A DNA stretch of 64,000 nt from a virus, in the IMG/VR virus record IMGVR_UViG_3300024346_000022, positions 1-64,000 of that record; one strand, given 5' to 3'. Shown here in pieces: positions 54,201-62,517 of this stretch. The notes beneath the pieces are model-generated. The model saw only the letters and a program-made list of their open reading frames with translations, searched no databases and had not been told where the DNA came from. The position numbers were made by a program, and so were the translations under genes. Position 1 is the first letter of the stretch. Each line of letters begins with the position of its first letter.

Positions 54201-57028
54201 GAAACATAGTCGGCAATTGTGATAGTAGAAGCAGTACCAGATGCTGTTGCAGTTACATTCTGCCCTACAAAGTTAATGGAATTAACATTATCCGCAGTTC
54301 CTACAACAGAACCTTCCTCACGAATTGTAATACCACTAATTGCACCAGCAGAAGCAGCAGCAACCCAATCTACTCCAGAACCAGTTGATGCAAGGACTTG
54401 TCCGGGTGCTCCAGATTCATTATCCTTATCAAAGAGAGAACCACGAAGTCTAATACCACCATTTACATCTAAGTTTGTTGTTGGATTTGTGGTTCCAATA
54501 CCAACATAACCTTCTGGAGTTATTCTTAATCTCTCACTAATAACTGCACCATCTAAAGTATAAAATCTCAAAGAACCTTGGTAATCAGTTCCCACATAAT
54601 CGTCCCAACCTTCTATAAGAGCGACTGGTTGTGCAAGTTCTGATGCATTTCCTCCAACTCTAAAATCAATTGCTCCTGCTTTTCTTCCGCCAGATACTTT
54701 AAATTGACTATTTGTAAGTCTTACTGTTGCAATACCAGTACCACCAGAAATTTCAAATGTTGCTGCAGGATTAGTAGCACCAATACCAAGATTACCAGAA
54801 ACATAAGCACCACCAGTAACTTGAAGTCTTTGTGATGCGGTTCCTGTTGCTGATGTAGAGTTTATAACAATATTTCCAGAACTATCAACTCTCAATCTTT
54901 CTGCAGAAGCATTTACATCATAAACCCGAAGACCATCAAAACCAGCAGCAATTGAACCCGAACCAACTCTAAAGTTGTCTCCACCTGCTCCAGTTGCAGT
55001 AAAACCAATTTCCGCAATAGATGTTCCTTGAATATGAACACCATAGATTGGATTATTGGTTCCAATACCAACATTACCACTTGCAGTAACAACAAAAGGA
55101 GTTTCATCAGGATTTGTAGAATCTTCAATTACAAGAGCATTACCAGTTCCAAGTTGAGTGATACGAACCATATCACTTGATGTAGTTCCAGAGAACAATC
55201 CAGCAATAGAAGTTGCTGTTGGAACTACATTTAAAGTTGCTCCTGGATTTGTGGTTCCAATACCAACTCTTTGATTTGTTGCGTCATAAACAAAATTAGT
55301 TGCACCGGCAGATACATTATTATTGTTAAAAATAACTTGAGAGTTAGAACCTGCTATTGGTCCTACAAGACCTTGAGTACCCTGAAGACCTTGAGTTCCT
55401 TGAGTTCCTTGAGTACCCTGATTTCCTGTACCCTGAAGACCTTGAGTTCCTTGAGTTCCTTGGAGTCCTTGAGTACCTTGATTTCCTGTACCCTGGAGTC
55501 CTTGAGTTCCCTGTAATCCTTGAGTTCCTTGATTTCCTGTACCCTGAAGACCTTGTGTTCCTTGAGTTCCTTGAGTTCCTTGAGTTCCTTGAGTACCCTG
55601 ATTTCCTGTACCCTGAAGACCTTGTGTTCCCTGAAGACCTTGAGTACCCTGATTTCCTGTACCCTGAAGACCTTGAGTTCCTTGAGTTCCTTGGAGTCCT
55701 TGAGTACCCTGATTTCCTGTACCCTGAAGACCTTGAGTACCCTGAAGACCTTGTGTACCTTGAGTACCCTGATTTCCTGTACCTTGGAGTCCTTGTGTTC
55801 CTTGGAGTCCTTGGAGTCCTTGAGTACCTTGATTTCCTGTACCTTGGAGTCCTTGTGTTCCTTGAGTTCCCTGAAGACCTTGAGTACCTTGATTTCCTGT
55901 GCCCTGAAGACCTTGTGTTCCTTGAGTTCCTTGGAGTCCTTGAGTACCCTGATTTCCTGTACCCTGAAGACCTTGTGTTCCTTGAGTACCTTGTCTACCT
56001 TGAGTACCCTGATTTCCTGTACCCTGAAGACCTTGAGTTCCTTGAGTACCTTGTCTACCTTGGAGTCCTTGAGTTCCCTGAAGACCTTGCAACGCAGCAT
56101 TTTGAATTGTTGCCTTTCCTACAACTGTTCCACTTACATCATAAAGAGCAATAAAATCTCCACTCTGCGGATCGGCAATTAAAGGAAGACCATTAATATC
56201 AAGATTTGTAGCAGTTCCAATAAATCTGGTTGCGGTAATTTGACTATCGGTAATATGAACTCCACCAACTGCCAAACGAACTCCATTTGGTACTTGAGTG
56301 GAACCAATACCAATTGCATAATTACTTAACCAAGCGTCAGTTCCAAGTCCAACAAAAGAACCTGCCTTAAACCACATAAACTTCTTATATGTGGCAGGTA
56401 ATGTTTCAATACCAACAATATTGAGATTTACAAGAGGATTTCCTTCGGTGGAGGCAATCGCAATACCACCGTGATTTGCCGTATTATCTGTTGATATATC
56501 ATTCCCATTTCCATCTGTACGAACTCCAAGAACAATATCAGCATCAGCAACTTTAAATGTTTCTGTGAATAAAGTAGCGGAAGTACCACCAATCGTAATG
56601 TTTCCATTTACATTTAAGTTACGATTAACCTGAAGGTCTCTGGAAACTGTAACATCTTGTGGTGTTGTAAATTGATTTGGAATACTTAAGATTGGTGATG
56701 AACCTTCTCCGGTTCCGGTCGTAACCGTAATTTGATTTGCAGTTCCTGTGATGTTCTTAACATAATCACCAAAGGTATCAGTTCCAAGACCAACTGAATT
56801 TACAGTAACACTTGATGCTGTTGTTGCAGTTCCTGTTAAGTTTCCAATAAATGTGGTTGCGGTTACAACACCAGTAAAGTTTCCATCACCAACTACGGTA
56901 AGTTTTGATGTTGCATTTGTGGTTCCGATTCCAACTTTGCCTACAGTTTGTATAACAGTTCTATCTTCACTATAAGAAGATAAACCTACTTTGAGTTCTC
57001 TTTGCCTGCCGCTGACGTACTTATCCAT
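51296..57028 (-). CDS. Long collagen-like tail fibre protein (module 2)
   Basis: Three G-T-Q/G-L-Q tracts, VGIGTTNP repeats and duplicated internal modules; N-terminus paralogous to 17253-20240. Confidence 0.82.
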   Translation of the reverse strand: MDKYVSGRQRELKVGLSSYSEDRTVIQTVGKVGIGTTNATSKLTVVGDGNFTGVVTATTFIGNLTGTATTASSVTVNSVGLGTDTFGDYVKNITGTANQITVTTGTGEGSSPILSIPNQFTTPQDVTVSRDLQVNRNLNVNGNITIGGTSATLFTETFKVADADIVLGVRTDGNGNDISTDNTANHGGIAIASTEGNPLVNLNIVGIETLPATYKKFMWFKAGSFVGLGTDAWLSNYAIGIGSTQVPNGVRLAVGGVHITDSQITATRFIGTATNLDINGLPLIADPQSGDFIALYDVSGTVVGKATIQNAALQGLQGTQGLQGRQGTQGTQGLQGTGNQGTQGRQGTQGTQGLQGTGNQGTQGLQGTQGTQGLQGTGNQGTQGLQGTQGTQGLQGTGNQGTQGLQGLQGTQGLQGTGNQGTQGTQGLQGTQGLQGTGNQGTQGLQGTQGTQGLQGTGNQGTQGLQGTQGLQGTGNQGTQGTQGTQGTQGTQGLQGTGNQGTQGLQGTQGLQGTGNQGTQGLQGTQGTQGLQGTGNQGTQGTQGTQGLQGTQGLVGPIAGSNSQVIFNNNNVSAGATNFVYDATNQRVGIGTTNPGATLNVVPTATSIAGLFSGTTSSDMVRITQLGTGNALVIEDSTNPDETPFVVTASGNVGIGTNNPIYGVHIQGTSIAEIGFTATGAGGDNFRVGSGSIAAGFDGLRVYDVNASAERLRVDSSGNIVINSTSATGTASQRLQVTGGAYVSGNLGIGATNPAATFEISGGTGIATVRLTNSQFKVSGGRKAGAIDFRVGGNASELAQPVALIEGWDDYVGTDYQGSLRFYTLDGAVISERLRITPEGYVGIGTTNPTTNLDVNGGIRLRGSLFDKDNESGAPGQVLASTGSGVDWVAAASAGAISGITIREEGSVVGTADNVNSINFVGQNVTATASGTASTITIADYVSNAGIATNLKGGVIGNIPYQSASDTTVFLANGTPGYVLASNGVGATPTWVAAASAGAITGITIREEGSVVGTPGNVNSINFVSGNLTATSSGVGATITLTNNPTFTGLTVNGATNINSNLNVTGNITVGGTTAFLVVNELQVKDKDIVLGFTTNSFGQDVSTDTTANHGGISIASTEGTPLIDINVVGIDSIPSTYKQIMWIKGGTLGAGTTDAWLFNYGVGIGSTQVPNGVRLAVGGVHITDSQITATRFNGTATNLDINGLPTVTDPQSSDFIALYDVTGNVVGKATIQNAALQGVQGTQGLQGTGNQGTQGTQGTQGLQGTGNQGTQGLQGTQGTQGLQGTGNQGTQGTQGTQGTQGLQGTGNQGTQGLQGASDGGFVVFDDTTTNSNWYVGIISVTSGIAKTAQVSSTKLQFNPSTGALGIGTVIDIIPYDTLNSGTLSWEGSAGQLFSITNNLTSGSIFSVNDVSGIPSIDVDANGTIQLGPYGGNIGLGTTNPTSKLHVQGDVRITGVSTFGGLVELDGALRDINNNVGAAGSVLVSTGAGVSWTTPFAAGLQGLQGTQGLQGTQGLQGLSNQGVQGTQGLQGLQGLQGSGTQGTQGLQGTQGLQGTQGLQGLSNQGVQGTQGLQGTQGVQGLQGLQGSGTQGTQGLQGTQGLQGTQGLQGLSNQGVQGTQGLQGTQGLQGTQGLQGSGTQGTQGLQGTQGLQGTQGLQGLSNQGVQGTQGLQGTQGLQGTQGLQGLSNQGVQGTQGLQGTQGLQGTQGLQGTSDGGVTVFDNTTTNSNWYVGILSVTSGIARTSYISSTKLVFNPSSGNLGIGTTNPTTTVSVAGSFTATDTRIQSLAEKSIRVSGNTVSLVYNIGGGNIAICTNPTGPITLNVTGIPTDSTFDNSVLTFTVVAIQTSIGYACTTVNLNGTARTVRYPGSVVSTASTTSYDIFNFTGINTIGSASTTANYQVLGIVNGNFK
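51898..52532 (-). repeat. Collagen-like tract (GLSNQGVQGTQGLQ units)
   Basis: 9-bp tandem units. Confidence 0.95.
53080..53320 (-). repeat. Collagen-like tract (GTGNQGTQGLQ units)
   Basis: 9-bp tandem units. Confidence 0.95.
55370..56090 (-). repeat. Collagen-like tract (GTGNQGTQGLQ units)
   Basis: 9-bp tandem units. Confidence 0.95.
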
Positions 57029-57031
57029 TTG

Positions 57032-57379
57032 CTAGTTGAGAGTTTCTAAGATACTTGCTATGAACTTAATATTAGTATTACTACTTGCAGAAAATCTAAG
57101 AACATCACTTGATTCTAGAACTAATTTTCCCGACAACAAATTTGCAGTATCATTTCCAGAGATAGGATATGACAAAATAATTTCAGTCGTAACTGCAATT
57201 CCAGTTCTTTTATTAGTTCTTTGATGTGCGAATGAAACTGTTTGAGTTTGTGTCCCAATGTTTGCTGCCTGTGCTAAAAGTACAACTCCAGTATATCCAA
57301 CTGGAGATGTATAAATGCCAACATTATTAGTACTGCCAACAGCAGTTATCGTCTTGAATACATTAAGTGCTAATGCCAT
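57032..57379 (-). CDS. Small virion structural protein
   Basis: Paralogue of 20243-20917, in the same relative position. Confidence 0.7.
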   Translation of the reverse strand: MALALNVFKTITAVGSTNNVGIYTSPVGYTGVVLLAQAANIGTQTQTVSFAHQRTNKRTGIAVTTEIILSYPISGNDTANLLSGKLVLESSDVLRFSASSNTNIKFIASILETLN

Positions 57380-57382
57380 TAT

Positions 57383-60300
57383 TTAATCTCCTCCTAGTGC
57401 TAGAATAAATGGTGTGATGGTAGAAAATAAACTCTTTGAATAAAATGTACCAGAAATAGTACCAGCCTGCTGATCAATTACAACGCCATCACCAATTCTA
57501 AAGTTTCCTGATTGGTCGGTACTTGTAAATACAACTAGTCCACCATTACGGGCATCAGTTTCATTTTCCTGAATAGGAACACCACCAGTTGCAGGAAGAG
57601 CAGTTGCAATTTCAGTACCAGAACCAATATATTCTAGTGAATGACCTGTTGCCAAAACACGACTCTGTTTGAAAAATGGAACCAGTGTTCCTATTCCAAC
57701 GTCATAAGGAACATTATCATTTATCGTGATCGTACAAATACCAGCAGAAATTGGCGTAGAACTTAATATTGAATAATAAGTTGGAACCATTATAGGTATC
57801 GCTACTGCTGTATTTATTCCAACTTCAGGACCGGTTAATGTAACAGTTGGAGTATAAGTATATCCTCTACCACTAGAAACCATATCAATTGAAACCACCA
57901 CTCCATCTTTAACTTCGGCAACTGCCTGTGCCGCAACTCCAAAATTAGTTTCTGGATCAGATATATCAATTTCCGGAGAGATAAAATATCCAGATCCACC
58001 ATTACTCACTAATATCTTTTCTACTGTATAATAAAGTTTACTAAAATATACAACCTGACCATCAAATGGTCTTATAACATTAATTTTTGCCGTGCCTGTA
58101 TTGGGAACATAAGTATGCGGTAATGTAGAAACTCCAACATTCGCAGTAAACACGGTGCTTGCCCTTGATGCAGTAGTTGGAATACTAGAAGTATTTCCTG
58201 ATGCAATTGATGTAGTAAGAATTCCTACAAGGTTGTCAATAGTGTTCTTGACATTTGAACAGGAATCTTCATCCTGATTAGAACCGGTAAGAGGGTCTAT
58301 CTGTAATGTTAAATCTTGGTAGTTCAGTAAATTATTAATTGCCTTTTTTGAATAATCTCTAACAGCATGGAATGCCGTAATTGACTCGGTTACTTCTCCA
58401 ACTAATCCATTAGAAAGCGGATTTCCATTTATATCAAAATAAGATTCGGTTGCAATAATAATATTATTATTCGTAAATTCCTCTAAATCATCCGCAATAG
58501 CATCAACTACATATCCAATATCTCTACGACACTTATTTTGACCCGTTACAAATATTCCGGGATTTATATTAATTGAATTTAGTACTGTTAAATTGCCACT
58601 ACTAATTGCTTGGATGGAGATACCAACAAGAGTATCAATTGCATCCCGAACATTTGTGCAAGAATTAGGATTCGTATTTGAAGATATTCCAGAACTTGGA
58701 GTTGGATCAGCAGTAAGAGTTAAATCCTTTCTATTCAATTGATTTGTAATTGCTTTTTTGGCATATTCTCTTGCAGAAGCAAATGCATAAACAGACTCCG
58801 ATTCTTCACCCAAAAGAGAAGTTGTAGCAGATCCAACATTATCAAAATAAAACTTAGTAAAGGCAATAGAATATGAATTTCCACCAGTAAATATATCAGT
58901 AGAAATTGCATCAACAAAGTATCCCAAATCTCTGGCACATTTGTTTGTTGTTGAAATACCTAGATTTTCATTAAATGTTAATAATGAACCAGTTGTTCCA
59001 AGACCGATAACGGTGGTCACAATTCCAACAAGATTGTCAATATTTGATTGGACATCGGCACAAGAATTTGGATTACCAGATTGTAAAACAAGTAAAGAAG
59101 TTCCTATTCCACCATAAGATGCTGGTCCAGAACTAATTCCAAGATTTTTAAAATTCAATTGATTTGTGATAGCCTTTTTCATCAAATCTCTAGACGCATT
59201 AAAGGCAGTTACAGATTCTACAGTTTCTCCGACTAACCCATTAGAAATTGGATTTCCTGAGTTATCAAAATATTGAAGAGTAAAATCTCTAGAATACTTA
59301 TTACCACCAGTAAATACATCAGTAGAAATGGCATCAATAAGATACCCAAGATCTCTCGCACACTTATATCCGCCAGGGGAACTTGTGGAACCAATACCAA
59401 CACTTAAATTAAAATATCCAAAATTTGTATTTGGTAAAGAAGAGGTATTTCCTGAACCAATTACCGTGGTTACAATTCCAACAAGATTATCAATATTCGT
59501 TCTAACATTGGCACAGGAACTTGGGTTTGTGTTCGATCCAGTTAATGGATCTGCAGTAATAGTTAAATCACTATAAGCAGCACCAACTAAAGTATTGGTG
59601 ATTGCACTCTTCATTAATTGCCTTGCTTCAACAAATGCATAATTTGATGCAACCTCCTCACCCTGAAGACCATTTGTAATTGGATTTCCAGCACTATCAA
59701 AATATTTTAAGGTAAATTGGCGAGAATAATTATTTCCACCAGTTAAAATGTCTGTTGAAATTGCATCTATAAAAAATCCAAGATCTCTTTTACATTTTTC
59801 CTCAGAAGTTGCAATTCCCGGATATACATTATAAGTATTCGTCCAGGCAATGCTTACAACTACATCCTTATTTTTTTGAATTAATCTATAAGAATCAAAA
59901 TATCTTGACCTAGAATTAGTCTGAATGTCTCCAGGGAAATAGAAATCTGAGTGTGCTATTGCAACTGATCCTAAAGATTTATCAACGATTTCTTGTTTAT
60001 TAATTTGAATTAATCTCGATGCATCATAATATCTAGATCTAGCATTAGTTTCTGGTTCATCCGGAAAATAAAAATCTGACGGAAATCCAACAGCAATTGA
60101 TGCAAGTGATTTATCTACAATTTCTTGCTTGTTCTGTTGAATTAATCTATATGAATCATAGAATCTAGAATACTGTGTTGTCTGAGGATCACCGGGAAAA
60201 TAAAAATCAGGATGATTGAGGGCAATTGCCGCAAGTGATTTATCTTGTATTTCTGTTCTATTTGCACGAATTGAATTTGCCGCATCAACATATCTTCCCG

Positions 60301-61387
60301 GAGCAACAGTTTTTGTCTCAAATACATATCCCTTATTACCACTTGGATATGTAACAATTCCAGGACCAGAAGGGCAACTAAACTGAAGTCCGGAAAGAGA
60401 AATACCCATACCAACCGTGAATTTATGAGCACTATTGGTATAGGCAGTTAAAAGTCCTGTCCTATTATCATAAAGAGCATTTACTATATTTAAAGTTGGT
60501 ACATTTAAATCAAGAACAAAAGTATCCGAATTTTCTGCCGCAGCACTTGTGACTATTCCTGTATATTTTAAGGGTCCTATACCATCGGAAATTAGTCCAT
60601 AGTTACCAAAGGAAGAGTTTGAGTTTGTAAGATCACAAGCAGCACCACTTCCACAAAAAACTGCAATATCACTACAAATTGTGAAGAGAGAAACTAACTG
60701 TGCATATCCCTCATTTGTAATTGAGATTCCAATACCACCTTGATTATATTGAGTATAAGAGTCAAGAACCATACTCTTAGTTGGTCCAATTGCTTTGGAA
60801 CCATCAATTCTCATTCCAATACTTCCAGGAATAAAATTGGTTCCGTTCTGTACATAAGGTGATTGATCAAAATATCCTATTTGATCAGGATTAAAGGAGA
60901 AGATTGCCCTACCAGGATTCATCGTTCCGGTATAGGACATTTCTGCAACATAAACCCCATTTGCCACATAGAACAAATCTTGATCTGGATTCTGTGGTGA
61001 TACTGATACTTCTCTTAGACTATCACCGACGATTGAGACTTGTTCTGGAATGGTTAGAGGATTGTTCTCTATATAAGATCCAGCACTAACTTTAATAACT
61101 GATCCTGTTGTTGCCTGTGTGAGTGCTGCTCCAATTGTTCTTTTGGCGTCTCCGAGTTTGAGTCCGGTGTTTGTGTCGTTTCCGTCTTTTGTGACATATA
61201 AAATATTTGTGACTGTTGTTCCGGCACCGATGCGAATAATGTCAGTTCCTATTCCAGGACGATCCCTTCTACCCGTAAGTTCACCATCATAGGTATTATA
61301 CGCTAGTTCGCCACTTAAGAGTTGATTGATTGTGGGTCTTTTGCCAGGAACAGCAGACCTTTTAATCCTAATTGGAGTTCCGTCCAT
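57383..61387 (-). CDS. Virion structural protein with beta-helix-like domain and four phycobiliprotein-like repeats
   Basis: IRIKRS.V.GK.P...GELA.N..DG fibre-type N-terminus; paralogous to 20921-23443; insert with 4x KCxRD(L/I)G(Y/F)..DAI..D and 4x SC..V...ID.LVGI; TATAAATA late promoter at ~61439-61446. Confidence 0.75.
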   Translation of the reverse strand: MDGTPIRIKRSAVPGKRPTINQLLSGELAYNTYDGELTGRRDRPGIGTDIIRIGAGTTVTNILYVTKDGNDTNTGLKLGDAKRTIGAALTQATTGSVIKVSAGSYIENNPLTIPEQVSIVGDSLREVSVSPQNPDQDLFYVANGVYVAEMSYTGTMNPGRAIFSFNPDQIGYFDQSPYVQNGTNFIPGSIGMRIDGSKAIGPTKSMVLDSYTQYNQGGIGISITNEGYAQLVSLFTICSDIAVFCGSGAACDLTNSNSSFGNYGLISDGIGPLKYTGIVTSAAAENSDTFVLDLNVPTLNIVNALYDNRTGLLTAYTNSAHKFTVGMGISLSGLQFSCPSGPGIVTYPSGNKGYVFETKTVAPGRYVDAANSIRANRTEIQDKSLAAIALNHPDFYFPGDPQTTQYSRFYDSYRLIQQNKQEIVDKSLASIAVGFPSDFYFPDEPETNARSRYYDASRLIQINKQEIVDKSLGSVAIAHSDFYFPGDIQTNSRSRYFDSYRLIQKNKDVVVSIAWTNTYNVYPGIATSEEKCKRDLGFFIDAISTDILTGGNNYSRQFTLKYFDSAGNPITNGLQGEEVASNYAFVEARQLMKSAITNTLVGAAYSDLTITADPLTGSNTNPSSCANVRTNIDNLVGIVTTVIGSGNTSSLPNTNFGYFNLSVGIGSTSSPGGYKCARDLGYLIDAISTDVFTGGNKYSRDFTLQYFDNSGNPISNGLVGETVESVTAFNASRDLMKKAITNQLNFKNLGISSGPASYGGIGTSLLVLQSGNPNSCADVQSNIDNLVGIVTTVIGLGTTGSLLTFNENLGISTTNKCARDLGYFVDAISTDIFTGGNSYSIAFTKFYFDNVGSATTSLLGEESESVYAFASAREYAKKAITNQLNRKDLTLTADPTPSSGISSNTNPNSCTNVRDAIDTLVGISIQAISSGNLTVLNSININPGIFVTGQNKCRRDIGYVVDAIADDLEEFTNNNIIIATESYFDINGNPLSNGLVGEVTESITAFHAVRDYSKKAINNLLNYQDLTLQIDPLTGSNQDEDSCSNVKNTIDNLVGILTTSIASGNTSSIPTTASRASTVFTANVGVSTLPHTYVPNTGTAKINVIRPFDGQVVYFSKLYYTVEKILVSNGGSGYFISPEIDISDPETNFGVAAQAVAEVKDGVVVSIDMVSSGRGYTYTPTVTLTGPEVGINTAVAIPIMVPTYYSILSSTPISAGICTITINDNVPYDVGIGTLVPFFKQSRVLATGHSLEYIGSGTEIATALPATGGVPIQENETDARNGGLVVFTSTDQSGNFRIGDGVVIDQQAGTISGTFYSKSLFSTITPFILALGGD

Positions 61388-61451
61388 TTATTACATTCGG
61401 TATTTACCAAAATTAGACAGTATATACTGTCTTCAAGTTATTTATAAAACC

Positions 61452-61823
61452 TTATGACGCATTATTTTTTCTTGGGCGATAAGAATAAAGATTTGTGGGT
61501 GATGGAGGTTTCATCCAATTTTCTATTTTATCAAATCTTTCTTCACTATAAAAATCTTGCTGGACATACCACAGTTTCCAGTGCTCGTGCCCTTTGGATT
61601 GATTACAAGAATGGCAAGAGCATACTACATTCGTGGTAGTATCTAATCCACCTTTTGATTGAGGAAGTATGTGGTCTATTGTAAGATTATCTTCAGACTC
61701 ACAATAGGCACACTTATGATTCCAACTCTCTTTGATATCTTTTCTCCATATTCGTTTAGCATCCCCAGAACTTGTCGTATAAAGATTAAACAGGTACTCT
61801 TTAGGCGAATGGAGAGGTCCCAT
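61452..61823 (-). CDS. HNH endonuclease
   Basis: W.HKCAYC...LTIDHILPQSKGG.D...NVVCSCHSCNQSKG. Confidence 0.88.
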   Translation of the reverse strand: MGPLHSPKEYLFNLYTTSSGDAKRIWRKDIKESWNHKCAYCESEDNLTIDHILPQSKGGLDTTTNVVCSCHSCNQSKGHEHWKLWYVQQDFYSEERFDKIENWMKPPSPTNLYSYRPRKNNAS

Positions 61824-61826
61824 AAG

Positions 61827-62011
61827 TTACTGCGACTTATGATTATTTAGAGTTATTGAGATGGTTTCTTTTAGACAAATCCAAATATAATGAAACTGTT
61901 CGGATAATGTTGTCTTATACTTCATTCTTCTTTATTTCTTCCAAAATTATAACCCCAATATATGATATAGAGGTCTATGAGAACATTAAACCAATTGATG
62001 TTTTGTATCAT
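61827..62011 (-). CDS. Two translationally coupled micro-ORFs (62011-61922, 29 aa; 61925-61827, 32 aa)
   Basis: ATGA overlaps with each other and with 62008-62385. Confidence 0.4.
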
Positions 62012-62385
62012 ATCACTACAGGTTGTCCCTGACCTTCTGGAAGTTGTGGTGCTTTAGAAGAAACCACAGGGTTCTTATTTGAGTTTTTAATAACGATAAA
62101 GGCATCTTTTTGATAAGTAATTGTCCCATAAGGTTTAGACCACTTTGGATTTGCGTCTGGATGAGTTGCGGTTCCTGTCGCAGAACATCCACCAATATTG
62201 ACCTCAAAAGTATCTTCACCAGTCCAACCAAGAGAACGCATTACCTGAAATACATCTTTCATTACATACTGAAACTTTGATTCCTCTCTTGATGCTAACG
62301 CAAGGTCATTAATCATTTTTGTGTATAGGTCGTCAATATTTTTTTCTCCGGAACGAAAAGGATTACCATAGGTTTCTTTTGTCAT
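62008..62385 (-). CDS. Hypothetical protein
   Basis: 125-aa ORF with a TTTACA-17-TATAAT promoter at ~62408-62436. Confidence 0.65.
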   Translation of the reverse strand: MTKETYGNPFRSGEKNIDDLYTKMINDLALASREESKFQYVMKDVFQVMRSLGWTGEDTFEVNIGGCSATGTATHPDANPKWSKPYGTITYQKDAFIVIKNSNKNPVVSSKAPQLPEGQGQPVVI

Positions 62386-62517
62386 TTGGTTTTTATGTCT
62401 TTGTAGTATTATACGTCATTTATGAGGTTTTGTAAAGACTATTATAGTAGAGATATAAGGAAGAGGAACATACCGAATGCTATGAAGGCTGCGAGGATAA
62501 ATACAAATAAAATTCTT

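Noticed and set aside
51895-56182. Antisense and alternative-frame ORFs over the fibre 2 repeats
   Set aside because: Same repeat artefact; no independent start signals.
62422-62517. N-terminal extension of ORF 62422-62913
   Set aside because: It runs through the direct repeat and lies upstream of the late promoter; the MKTYKEF start at 62518 is more credible.
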